A DNA stretch of 64,000 nucleotides from Squalus acanthias. Taxonomy: Eukaryota. The DNA is taken from contig CM059445.1 of the NCBI GenBank assembly GCA_030390025.1, forward strand, positions 40,424,001 through 40,488,000, written 5' to 3'. This document shows positions 38,670 to 50,197 of this stretch, piece by piece. Positions within the stretch are counted from its first letter, which is position 1, and each line of letters begins with the position of its first letter. The notes beneath the pieces are model-generated. The model searched no databases, had not been told where the DNA came from, and saw nothing but the letters and a program-made list of their open reading frames with translations. The position numbers and the translations under genes were made by a program.

Positions 38670-39415
38670 CCTCCTTTAGGAAGGATGTGAAGGCCTTAGA
38701 GAGGGTGCAGAAAAGATTTATGAGAATGCTTTCAGGGATGAGGGACTTCAGTTATGTGTATAGACCAAATAAGCTGGGGTTGTTCTCCTTGGAGCAGAGA
38801 AGGTTGAGAGGAGATTTGATAGAGGTGTTCAAAATCATGAGGGGTCTAGACATGGTAGATAGAGAGAAACTATTCTCATTGGCGGAAGGGTCGAGAACCA
38901 GAGGTCACAGATTTAAGGTGATTGAAAAAAGAACCAAAGGCGACATGAGGAAAAACGTTTTTACGCAGCGAGTGGTTAGGATCTAGAATGCACTGCCTGA
39001 AAGGGTGGTGGAGGCAGACACAATCGTGGCTTTCAAAAGGGAATTGGATAAGTAACTGAAGGAAAATAAATTGCAGGGCTACGGGGATAGGGCAGGGGCG
39101 TGGGACTAGCTGAAGTGCTCTTGCAGAGAGACGGCACGGGCTCGACGGGCCGAATGGCCTCCTTCTGTGCTGTAACCATTCTATGATTCTATCGTCCGCA
39201 AACTTGGATATATTACACTCGGTCCCCTCATCTAAGTCATTGATACAGATTGTAAATAGCTGAGGCCCCAGCTCTGATCTTTGAGGCACTCCACTAGTTA
39301 CACCCTGCCATCCTGAAATTGATCCGTTTATTCCTACTCTCTGTTTTCTATCCGTTAACTAATCCTCAATCCATGCTAATATATTACCCCCAATCCCATG
39401 AGTCCTAATCTTGTG
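38670..39415. mobile_element. CR1 3' end (+, 38670-39190) abutting a CR1 RT piece (-, 39190-39415)
   Basis: KDVKALERVQKRF...; [16 protein letters not shown]...SKFADD. Confidence 0.8.
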
Positions 39416-40057
39416 TTAACACTGGAACTGCTGAAAACTGCAACTATTGACCATTACAAAGAATAACAGATTCCTAATTGAAATTCCCTTGTTTTGTCAA
39501 ACCAGAATTAACTTTCTTGCCTAGTTTCCTCCCCTCTCTGAAAGCATTGCTTCTTTGCCAGAATACTTTAGCACGTGCCCACATAGCCATTGCTCAGGAG
39601 TGAGCACAGGCTGTGAGTGCCAATGGGCTAATTTACCACAGGGGACATTTACAAGAGAGCCCCATCAATTCATCAGAAACTTAGCAATGCTATGCTGAAG
39701 TTATGCACAAGGTGGAGCACTGGTAGTTAGCATAGGGACAGCGCCGACAGTGCCATTAGGCTGCAGTTATACTGTGACTTTGTGCCAATACAAAACAGTT
39801 TCAGATATGCATTGATGCCAATGTGGCAGTGTAAGTAAGGGGTCAGCTCACAATCCGACCCCGGAGTGCACTAAAGGCAAGTGGTGTGAAAGTCCGACCA
39901 GGACAGCCATCTCACACGCTTTGAGTTCACACAGACTTCACGGTGAGAAGCCACAGTCTAAAGGTACAATACCTTCCATCGGAGTCTTTTTAGTGTTACG
40001 AGGAAGTTGATGCTCCCACCCACCCACCAGTCAAAACCAGAGGGTAGGGCTCTAAAC

Positions 40058-40400
40058 ATACATAAGAACATAAGAATATAAGACGTAGGAGCGGAGTAGG
40101 TCATTCGGCCCCTCGAGCCTGCTCCGCCATTCAATAAGATCATGGCTGATCTGATCTTGGCCTCAACTCCACTTCCCTGCCCGCTCCCCGTAACCCTTGA
40201 CTCCCTTGCCTTTCAATAATCTGTCTATCTCCACCTTAAATATATTCAATGACCCAGCCTCCACAGCTCTCTGGGGAAGAGAATTCCAAAGATTAAACGA
40301 CCCTCTGAGAAAAGAAATTCCTCCTCATTTCTGATTTAAAAGGATGCTCCCCTTTTCTGAAATTATGCCCCCTAGTTCTAGATTCCCCCACGAGGGGAAA
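40058..40400 (-). mobile_element. CR1 3' fragment
   Basis: acataagaacataag tail and MRRNFFSQRVV homology. Confidence 0.8.
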
Positions 40401-40552
40401 CAAGCATCGAAGCACAGAGCTGTTCTTACTCAGAGCTCCAGGGATGCACTGAGGCGGTATAACTCCAATCTGCAGGCGGCGCATCACACTCCACAGGTAC
40501 TGGCCTGACACTGCTATCTGCAGGATCACTGCAGTCTCAGTGCTTCCACAAG

Positions 40553-40778
40553 AATGAGAAGTCGCACAACACCAGGTTATAGTCCAACAGTTTTATTTGA
40601 AATCACGAGCTTTCGGAGCGCTGCTCCTTCGTCAGGTAAAGTGAAGTCCCACTTTACCTGACGAAGGAGCAGTGCTCCGAATGCTCGTGATTTCAAATAA
40701 AACTGTTGGACTATAACCTGGTGTTGTGCGACTTCTCATTTTTGTCCACCCCAGTCCAACACCGGCATCTCCGCATCA
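40553..40778. mobile_element. Fold-back Penelope-tail mini-element, copy 2, with hammerhead motifs on both strands
   Basis: 91-bp inverted arms 40553-40643 / 40650-40740; 12-bp TSD tgcttccacaag; intact HHR on - at 40603-40639, + copy has GAAA>GAAT. Confidence 0.85.
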
Positions 40779-41218
40779 TGCTTCCACAAGGGCAGGGAAG
40801 TGTCATGTGTAAGGAGCTTAAGCAAGGATAATAATGCACACATGCCTCTGAGCAATTTAACTGATGCAATTCTGGGAAGTGAGGAATTTGTTCTGTAAAA
40901 GTGTGTGCAGGTAGAAAATAACAATTGTATTCGTGGGAATCCATGGTAATTTGAAGCAGTACAAACTGTGTTTGTGAAATTTGTGACACGCCCACAGTAT
41001 TGTACTTGAAGTGATAGAAGTGGCATTGGAGTGATTCCAATGCAGCATTCAGAGCTCCAGGCTGTGGAGCTGAAACTGTCTTGGATACTCTGGCAGGATT
41101 CAGTTCTATTTGACCCACGCTCTCAGATCTTACCTTTCTTTACACAGATCCTCTCGTCATCTGCTCGAACTTGGCAGAACAGTCACTCAGAAAAAAAAAA
41201 CCTTTCTTCGCTTCCCAC

Positions 41219-41232
41219 GTAACTTCCTCCCT
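41219..41232 (-). promoter_or_regulatory. Possible ETS/PU.1 site upstream of gene B
   Basis: gggaggaagttac on minus strand ~180 bp upstream of ATG; motif match only. Confidence 0.25.
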
Positions 41233-41407
41233 CACTGTGGCAAAAGCCATGGCTTTTCGCATTTTCTGCCGGTCTCGGTGTGAAGTGCAGGTCATTTACT
41301 GGGCGGAACATCCGCGCTGATGTCTGAAATACACCGAGAAACAGTTTTGTAACTGGTTACAAGTCTGGAGTTGAAGCAGCTTTAGAAACGTTCAGGAACA
41401 GTGAAAG

Positions 41408-41456
41408 ATGCAACTCTTGCTGAAGCTGCTTTTGATTTTACAGACAGGAGCTCAAG
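41408..41456 (+). CDS. Gene B exon 1, signal peptide MQLLLKLLLILQTGAQ(G)
   Basis: Hydrophobic leader, CAAG|gtaagt donor, phase 1; unrelated to gene A leader. Confidence 0.85.
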
Positions 41457-42120
41457 GTAAGTTTGATCGGGAGATCTGTACATTAGCGTGGCGCCTGGGT
41501 GTGGATTTTACAGGCAATTTCTCCCCCTTTTAGAATACTTCAGCATTTTAATAGTTGTGGAACTGCAGAGTCTAAGTGAGAAAGCTGTGTAACTTGGACA
41601 CTAGATTAACGTCAGTGTTCAAAGCCCCACATCACATTGTTTGGGTTAAGTCTCCTCTATATAACTGATATTTAGGTTGAGATACTGTCGTGTATTATTG
41701 ATTGTGAATCCTTACACTGATATAAGGGTCGGGTTATTTAAAGTTGTGTCGATCTTGGGTAAAAGTAGGTCATTCACTGAACAGTGTTCAAAGTGATAGC
41801 AGCTACTTCACAGAACTGGAAGCAAAGATCTCCCATAGATTATTATGGCGACATTCTGATCAGTCTGCGACAGTTTGTGTAGAATAAAACAAATTCAAAA
41901 CAGTAAAAAAAATTACTTCAGAATATCAGGTCTCAAACCGTCACATAGTTTAGAATTAAATCTGAAAAAGACAAATTTTTTTTTTTTACATTAGATCCAA
42001 TAGGAAGGATACCTCAAATTCAACACTGTTCAAATTGCGTTTTTGATGTTTCCCATTTATGTTGAATGAATTGCTAACTGGACCTCAAACTGAAAATGAC
42101 AACTTATTTTATTCCATCAG

Positions 42121-42463
42121 GTGCCTCGCTGATTGAGGAGGTGACTCAGCCGCGTCTGGTCAGTGTCCTGAGAGGAGAGTCAGTCACAATAAACTGTACA
42201 TTTATTTATAATGGAAATAATGATGACTGGCTCCGTCCAAACTGGTACAGAGTTCTCCAGGGCTCCCTGATACTCTCATTGAAGTTAAACCGACCTGCAT
42301 CCTGACGTTACTCCGGTTGGTTTGAGACGCTGTGTTGCACCACTGAAGATTGAAAATGTTTCTTTTAGTCACTCTGACTATAATTATACCTGTATGGTGA
42401 AGGTACCGACAAGCTACCCACCAGTAGAGAGAAAGGGGCAAGGAACACGGATACAGATTTATG
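42121..42463 (+). CDS. Gene B exon 2, germline VJ-type V domain (1-bp deletions after 42250 and 42300)
   Basis: ~96% nt identical to 13318-13661; same splice sites. Confidence 0.9.
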
Positions 42464-42514
42464 GTAAAGTATTGCATACCTTGTAATAAGTAGAAAGACA
42501 GTGGCTACATCTTT

Positions 42515-42905
42515 GGAACAGAGGAGGCTGAGGGAGACCTAATTGAGGTGTATAAAATTATGAGGGGCCTAGATAGAGTGGATAGGAAGGACCTATTTCC
42601 CTTAGCAGAGAAGTCAATAACCAGGGGGCATAGATTTAAAGTAATTGGTAGGAGGTTTAGAGGGGATTTGAGGGGAAATTATTTCACCCAGAGGGTGGTG
42701 GGGGTCTGGAACTCGCTGCCTGAAAGGGTGGTAGAGGCAGAGACCCTCATCACATTTAAAAAGTACTTGGATATGCACTTGAAGTGCCGTAACCTGCAAG
42801 GCTACGGACCAAGTGCTGGAAAGTGGAATTCGGCTGGATAGCTCTTTGTCGGCCGGCACGGACAAGATGGGCTGAATGGCCTCCGTCTATGTTGTAAATT
42901 TCTAT
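42515..42905 (+). mobile_element. CR1 3' end
   Basis: EQRRLRGDLIEVYKIMRG...FTQRVVGVWNSLP. Confidence 0.85.
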
Positions 42906-43839
42906 GTACGTACTGAGTGTATTAATTATGGATGCAATAACATTTGCACCAAACCATTTACGGGAACATACACTATTAAGTAGCACACCCAATGTAGGAC
43001 CAGATTATTTAAGCAAATTGTATTGCTACCACGAAGAACGCAAGAGGTAAATCAGTGCTCATCTTTGGAATTATGTTCTCTGTAGCGGTTTGTGATCACT
43101 TGCTGTTTAGAGTCAATAGTGAGGGGATCATGAGTGAGGTATGAAGGCCATCAGTGACATGACTTTTGTATCTCCTTCACTTTCATTGTCTATTGCATTC
43201 ATACCACATGATATTAGTTTTACATTTGTTAAAACAATTACTAGATTGGCTAGTTTTATACTTGTTTATGTTACCCCCATGCTCAGTTACCTTTTTGAGA
43301 CATTGTTCTCTAATGTCTCCAGTTCCAATTAATACTCTAAATACTTAGAGTTGTTCCATTATAAAACCAATAATATCAAATTAATAGTCCAATAAAATGA
43401 AAAAACCTTGCAAATGTTGAAAATATACAGCAGGTCAGTCAGTGGCTGTAAAGAGAAGAGCTAGGTTAATGTTTTGGTTCGACCCCATCATCAGAACTCA
43501 AAACTAAGTCATATAATCAACAAATGACAACTAAAATGGACAAAAAGTGTGATAAATAGTTAGTTTTGAAAACAGATATGAGACTTGTCATGTAAAGAGT
43601 ACAGCTTCAGGTTGCGAGGGTACATGCCAGGCATCACAATCTGTTGGCAGTGCCTACTGACATCATAAAATGCTGATCCTGATACAGGTGGAGTGATTCA
43701 ATAATGAATAATAACCAATGAATGCAGTCAAGGTGCTTTATTGTGTCACATATATGGACGTATTGGTAACATGAGAAACTCAGTTGTCAGAGAAGCAATG
43801 AAGTTGAACTGCACTGGCAATAATATAATGCAGTTGATC

Positions 43840-44695
43840 ATTACAGGAGGACATTAATAAACTTGCAGAATGGGCATATCATTGGCAAATGAAGTTCAAC
43901 ACAGATAAATATGAGGTATTACATTTTGGTAGGAAGAATAGGGAGGTCACTTATCACTTGGAGGGTGCGAGTCTAGGTGGGGTAGAGGAACAAAGGGATC
44001 TCGGAGTACAAATACACAAATCACTAAAAGTTGCTACACAGGTTAGCAAGGCCATAAAAAAAGCAAACCAAGCACTAGGGTTTATTTCTAAAGTAGGGAA
44101 GTTATGCTAAACCTGTATCGAACCTTGGTTAGACCACACTTAGAGTACTGTGTACAGTTCTGGTTGCCATATTATAAAAAGAATATAGAGGCACTGGAGA
44201 GGGGGCAGAGAAGATTTACAAGGATGATACCAGAAATGTGAGGGTATACATATCAGGAAAGGATGAACAGGCTGGGTCTCTTTTCTCTTGAAAAAAGATG
44301 GCTGAAGGGTGACCTAATAGAGGTCTTTAAAATTATGAAAAATTTTGATAGAGTGGATACAGAGAGCGTGTTTCCACTTGTGGGGAAGAGCAAAACTAGA
44401 GGCCATCAATATAAGATAGTCACCAAGAAATCCAATAGGGAATTCAGAAGAAACTTCTTTACCCAGAGAGTGGTGAGAATGTGGAACTCGCTACCACAGA
44501 GAGTGGTTGAAGCGAATAGTACAGATGCATTTAAGGGAGGCTGGACAAGCATATGAGGGAGAAGGGACTAGAGGGTTATGCTGATAGATTTAGATGAGGA
44601 AAGATGGGAGGAGGCTCGAGTGGAGCATAAGCGCCGGCATGGACTGGTTGGGCCGAATGGCCTGTTTCTGTGCCATATATCCTGTGTAATCCTAT
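43840..44695 (+). mobile_element. CR1 3' portion
   Basis: WQMKFNTDKYEVLHFG...RDLGVQI...LVRPHLEY...FFTQRVVRMWNSLP. Confidence 0.85.
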
Positions 44696-44949
44696 GTAAA
44701 ATAGCTGTGTTGATGGCAAATGGTAGTTATTCAAAGATTTCTATAATTGTTTTGGCTAATTATTTCCTTTTGAGTTTCGTATCTTGCAGTGTACTATTTG
44801 GATTATATGTAATTTTCTATTAATTATCCATTGACTCTCTGAGCAAACATTTTATTTTATTTTTTACATTACCATATCTGTAGCATATAAAAGAGTAGAG
44901 TTTCTGAGCCCTCGCCTATGGTGAAGGATCTTTCACAACGCATATCCTA

Positions 44950-45375
44950 AATCACACCAAGTTCGTTCACCTATTACTCCTGTGCTTGCTGACCAACATT
45001 GGCTCCCGGTTTATCCACACCTTGAATTTAAAATTCTCATCCTTTTGTTCAAATCCCTCCATGCCCTCAGCCCTCCCTATCTCTGTAACCTCCTCCAGCC
45101 AGATATCCGCGTTCTTCCAATTCTGACTTCTTGCTTTGCCTCACCATTGGCAGCCGTGTCTTCAGATGCCTAGGGTCTAAGCTCTGGAAATTCCTCCCTA
45201 CACCGCCCCATCTCTCTTTCTCTTTCTCCTCTTTAAGATGCTTCTTAAAACCTACTCACCTTTCCTAATATCTCCTTATGTGGCTCAAGATCAAATTTTG
45301 TCTGATAACACTCCGTGAAACACTTTGGGACATTTTACTACATTAAAGGTGCTTTATTAATGCAAGTTTTTGTTG
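44950..45375 (+). mobile_element. L2 3' fragment
   Basis: PVLADQHWLPV...FKILILLFKSLH; similar to 16400-16875. Confidence 0.7.
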
Positions 45376-45569
45376 TTCTACATCGGAAAATCAGCCAATC
45401 AATGAATGAAAATTGCTGGCACTGGGCCCACAATGTTTGATTCACAATTGCGAGATGTGACAAGGACCCAGAGATTTTATCTTGTAGTGTGTAGAACAAT
45501 ATCACTGGTGATTGGCACTAAGCAAGTGGTAATTCCAAATTCAACCTTTATTTTATTATTTACTTTAAA

Positions 45570-46040
45570 AAGAAAGAAAGACTTGCATTTATTTAGAGCC
45601 TTTCATGACCACCGGATGTCTCAAAGCGCTTTACAGCCAATGAAGTACTTTTTGAAGTATAGTCACTGTTGTAATGTGGGAAATGCGGCAGCCAATTTGC
45701 GCACAGGAAGGTCCCACAAACAGCAATGTGATAATGACCAGATAATCTGTTTTTGTTATGTTGTTTGAGGGATAAATATTGGCCAGGACACTGGGGATAA
45801 CTCCCCTGCTCTTCTCCAAAAGAGTGCCATGCGATCTTTTACGTCAACCTGAGAGAGCAGAGGGGACCTCGGTTTAACGTCTCATCGAAAAGACGGCACC
45901 TCCGACAGTGCAGCACTCCCTCAGCACTGCACTGGAGTGTCAGCCTAGCTTTGTGCTCAAGTCCCTGGAGTGGGACTTAGAACCCACAACCTTCTGACTC
46001 AGAGGCGAGTGTGCTACCCACTGAGCCACAGCTGACACCA
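45570..46040 (-). mobile_element. Full-length DeuSINE (SacSINE1-like)
   Basis: tRNA-like head (rc tgtcagctgtggctcagtgggtagcac), Deu domain, L2-type tail. Confidence 0.85.
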
Positions 46041-46577
46041 CTTTATCGTAATACCATTCCATTTCATTCCTAATTGGTGATCCAACACTGCGCACCATCC
46101 ATTACCAACTGCGTGACCGGCTCCCAGAGCTTGGCCAGTCCATCAGTGAAGATGCCTGCTAGCGAGTGCATAGCAGCAGCTCCACAATGATTTTCACTCT
46201 AATTTTCCCACCCTGTCTCCCGGGGCTTAATGCCCAGCCTCTGCTTAGCACATAGGCCCAGCCGTGCAGTTCAGATAAGGGACTCAAGGGTTTGCGGTAT
46301 TGAAAGCATCAGCTCACTCCCACCACTCCATGAATTATATTTCAGTTAATTAGGTGCAAGTAGTGGCAGGCATGCTAGATACAAGACTTTTATTTTAAGT
46401 ATTGACAGGTAGTAACTAAAGAGCCTACATATTAATGCCTGATTTCCCAGCTGATAAGATATTCAAGTGAGTTTCGCTCTTTGCTTTAAGAACTGTATTC
46501 ACAGGAACTATGGGGAAAAGAGCATAAACACACACACCACGTATTTATGAAGTTGATCTCCACTGTATTTATAAGAG

Positions 46578-46785
46578 CCATGATGTGGAGATGCTGGTGT
46601 TGGACTGGGGTGGACAAATACGAGAAGTCGCACAACACCAGGTTATAGTCCAACAGCTTTATTTGAAATCACAAGCTTTTGGAGCGCTGCTCCTTCGTCA
46701 GGTGAAGTGTGAAGGAGCAGCGCTCCAAACGCTTGTGATTTCAAATAAAGCTGTTGGACTATAACCTGGTGTTGTGCGACTTCTC
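46578..46785. mobile_element. Fold-back Penelope-tail mini-element, copy 3
   Basis: ~75-bp inverted arms; 13-bp TSD gtatttataagag (46565-46577, 46786-46798); HHR GAAA mutated. Confidence 0.85.
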
Positions 46786-46914
46786 GTATTTATAAGAGTT
46801 CATGCTAAAAGAAAATATTTCAACAGATGCTTTACCCATCCATAAATATTTTGTAACAATAAATGGTTTCCAGCTTTAACATGCAAGATGGCAAACAATT
46901 CTACTTATACATAG

Positions 46915-47318
46915 AAGAATGAGAGGGGATCTCATTGAAACGTATAAAATTCTGACTGGGCTAGACAGACTGGATGCAGGGAGGATGTTTCCCCTGGCTG
47001 GGGGGTCTAGAACGAGGGGGTCACATTCTCAGGATATGGGGTAGGACATTTAGGACTGAGATGAGGAGAAATTTCTTCACTCAGAGGGTGGTGAACCTGT
47101 GGAATTCTCTACCACAGAAGGCTGTGGAGGCCAAGTCACTGAATATATTTAAGGAGGAGATAGATAGATTTCTAGACACAAAAGGCATCAAGGGGTATGG
47201 GGAGAGAGCGGGAATATGGTATTGAGATAGAGGATCAGCCATGATCATATTGAATGGCGGAGCAGGTTCGAAGGGCCGAATGGCCTACTCCTGCTCCTAT
47301 TTTTCTATGTTTCTATGT
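46915..47318 (+). mobile_element. CR1 3' end
   Basis: EMRRNFFTQRVVNLWNSLP; ttctatgtttctatg tail. Confidence 0.85.
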
Positions 47319-48049
47319 AGTAAACATGCTAAATTTAGTTTATGGTAAAAATCTTATTAAAGCAGTCATGTCATCAAAGTTGAATGCTGCCAAAAACTGC
47401 AAGGGCAGACTTTTCCAAGGCCAAGTAGCATTGACGGGGCCTCACATGCAGCAGCCAGTATATTGGAAAATTGCAGGTGCACTACACATGATTTTCTGTC
47501 CATTGATATTAATGAGTGGAAACCAGTGGCAGTGTACTGCAGCTTTCTGATAAGCTGCCCGCTGTGTTTGGTTCTGCCTTTTGCACAAGGCTTTGAAAAT
47601 TCCAGTTCATGTGCCCGTTGTTGATGTCACTGGAGCAGAACTACAGGATGTCGCATCAGGGGAATTTAACACAAAATAACTGGTCCCAGGGTAAGCATGA
47701 AGCAATGTAACAAAAGGTGACAGAAATACACCATCTGCAGTATTCAGCACACTCAATGGTAAAGCACCTTATATGGACCTGGCTTCTCTTGTAGTTAGTC
47801 ACAGAGAAGATCCCAATATATACTCATTCTGCTACCATTAATCCACCATTAAATTGTCTTTGTGTGACATTAATGCTGCCCAGTAGGTAATGTAGAACAT
47901 AGGACTATGGTACATGAGCTACTCTGATCAGATGATTGCTATTGAGAAATCCCAGTATAAGATCCTGATTGAGCAGCTATCTAGAGTGATATTAGTATAA
48001 TTCTCTAACATATGTTTTGTTTCTTGATTTTTTTCATCTAAAAGACTAT

Positions 48050-48670
48050 GGGGCAAAAATTGGCTCATGCTCTCTTCGGGGCGATAACTTCGCCGGGCAA
48101 AGTTAGTGTCCCCGTGCCCGAAATTGAATGGTAGCGCCTCAAGCAGGAGGCGAGGCACTACTAGAAGTGCACCCCCTCCCTCTTGGGGTGCTCCCATTCA
48201 ATATCACGGCTCTACGTGCAGCAGCGCCACGCGCGTCGGCACGTAGTGCTACGGTACTGCAGGGGAGGGCCCTGCTGGACCACCGGGGAGCAGGGTGCCG
48301 GCAAAAGAGCCTGGCACTCGAGGAGTGCCGGGCTGCTCGATCGCGGCCGGCACCCGGCAAGAGGAGGTGAGAGGGGGCAGGTGCTGGCAGGCAGCCCGAG
48401 GAAAGATGGCCGCCCGGCACCTGCCCTTTAATTTGCGCCGCCGCGGCTGCAGAAACGCCCCCCTGACCCTGTCGGACATAGCGTCTGGCAGTAGGTCAGG
48501 GGCGCGAGCCAAGCTTGCGGCCGGGGCGCGAGCTAGGTGTTGTGCACGGCGATGACGTCATCGGCGGAGGCGCAGCGCCACGGGGTGCTACCGGCTACCG
48601 CCGCCACCGCTAACCTCCCGCTGAATTCGGGGAGCTAACGGGAGGCGCAAATCAACCCAATCTTTCCCCC
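48050..48670. mobile_element. GC-rich Harbinger-type MITE
   Basis: ggggcaaaaattgg / ccaatctttccccc termini, flanks tat/tac; absent from gene A paralogous intron. Confidence 0.7.
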
Positions 48671-48936
48671 TACTTTAACTACCTATGTGACTCTATTTTA
48701 CCAAAATAACAGGTTCTGCATGAAAGTATGGCAAAGTATATTTTAATTTAGAATTAACTATTCATTCAGCAATAAATGATTTTACATTATGATATGCAAT
48801 ACATTTTTAGAATAGTGGCACTAAGAATCTCTAATAATGTTGCCATTTACGTCAATGTACATTATGTTAATATATATTCACAGAGCAGGATATGGTGTTT
48901 ATAGTTTCATATATTATCTTTTGTCCTCTCTCTCAG

Positions 48937-49239
48937 GACCTCCTGAAGTTTCCACTGTGGATGGTGATTTGGTTGCTGGACGTCAGTCCAATCTGACCTG
49001 CTCTGCCAAGGGATTGTACTATGAAAATATCTCCTTTACCTGGGCATGCCTTAGAACAAACTTCTCCACAACCGTCACTACACTGACCTCAAAAAGATTT
49101 GGTGACGATACATCTGTTGCCACCAGCCAGCTTCAGATCGTCCCTAATGTGAGTGACCATGGATCTATCTGTAGATGTCAGATCAATCATGAGACTTTCA
49201 GGCAGCCAGTAATAAATGAGATCCAACTGAATGTTATGT
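48937..49239 (+). CDS. Gene B exon 3, C1-like Ig domain (303 nt, intact)
   Basis: 93/101 aa identical to gene A exon 3; same splice sites. Confidence 0.92.
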
Positions 49240-49300
49240 GTGAGTATGATCTTTAATCTTTTAAATACTTCGTTTTATTCTCTGTAATGCTAAAGATTCT

Positions 49301-50197
49301 GGGGGAAAAATTTAGTTGGTTGCGCCTCCCGTTAGTGCCTTAAGAGGGCGCTAATGGGGCGCAAAGCATCTAGCGCCCAGGCGCGGCGATTTTTGCGCCG
49401 CTCGCGAAATTAACTAGACATTTTGCGGCGGCGCTAAACACTACCGCCACGATCTCCTGCGCCGGCAGATCGTGACGTCAGTCGACTGCGCAACGCCCCG
49501 GTATCGCCCCGGAGCGGATATTGAGTGGCGCCCCCTGCCTTACCGCCTGACGCTAGCAACGACAGTTTGAGTGGAGCGTTCTGCAGTCATGAAGGGAAAG
49601 GGGGAGCGCTATTTAAAGGTGACCGCTTCCTGCCTTTTATTGTTGGTGCCATTTTTGAACTACGCATTCTGAGAGAGAGAGAGAGAGAGAGACTTCTGGA
49701 GAGTTTCAACGTTGTGTGAAGGAGTTTTGGGTACTGAGCAGCACTTTGCAGGTTCATTTTGATTTGCGATTCCTTGTATCGATTTAGAAGAGACTGTTTG
49801 GGCTGCACTCTGAGCTCTTTGCCTGGTACTCTCCATTGTTCTTCCCAGCAGATTTGATGTGCAGGTCTCTCCAGGCCGAGATTCAAGGCTGCAATTAGTA
49901 GGATGTGGATGGAAAGTGAGATTAACCATCCCCTTTAAGAACTGGCCCATGCCATTGTCTGTGTGTTCCATTGCTGACTGACATTACATGAGCTTCGCCA
50001 GCGCTCTGAGATAGCGCCTCGCTCCTCGGCCTTTGTGCCTTAAGACAGGAGTGAAGCGCCTGATTTAGCGCTCCAATCACCTCCAGGGGCGATAAAAGTC
50101 AAGTTTGCAGTCGGTGGCGATAATTAGTGCCAGGCGCTAATCTTTGCGCCCGGCCGATAATTGCGCCCCCAATGGGGTGATACTGAATGTCTCCCCC
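49301..50197. mobile_element. Harbinger-type MITE with 3-bp TSD TCT
   Basis: ggggg...ccccc termini; empty site aaagattctgactttaac in gene A at ~17907-17924. Confidence 0.85.

Noticed and set aside
45985-46040. tRNA gene
   Set aside because: tRNA-derived SINE head contiguous with the Deu domain; no full cloverleaf
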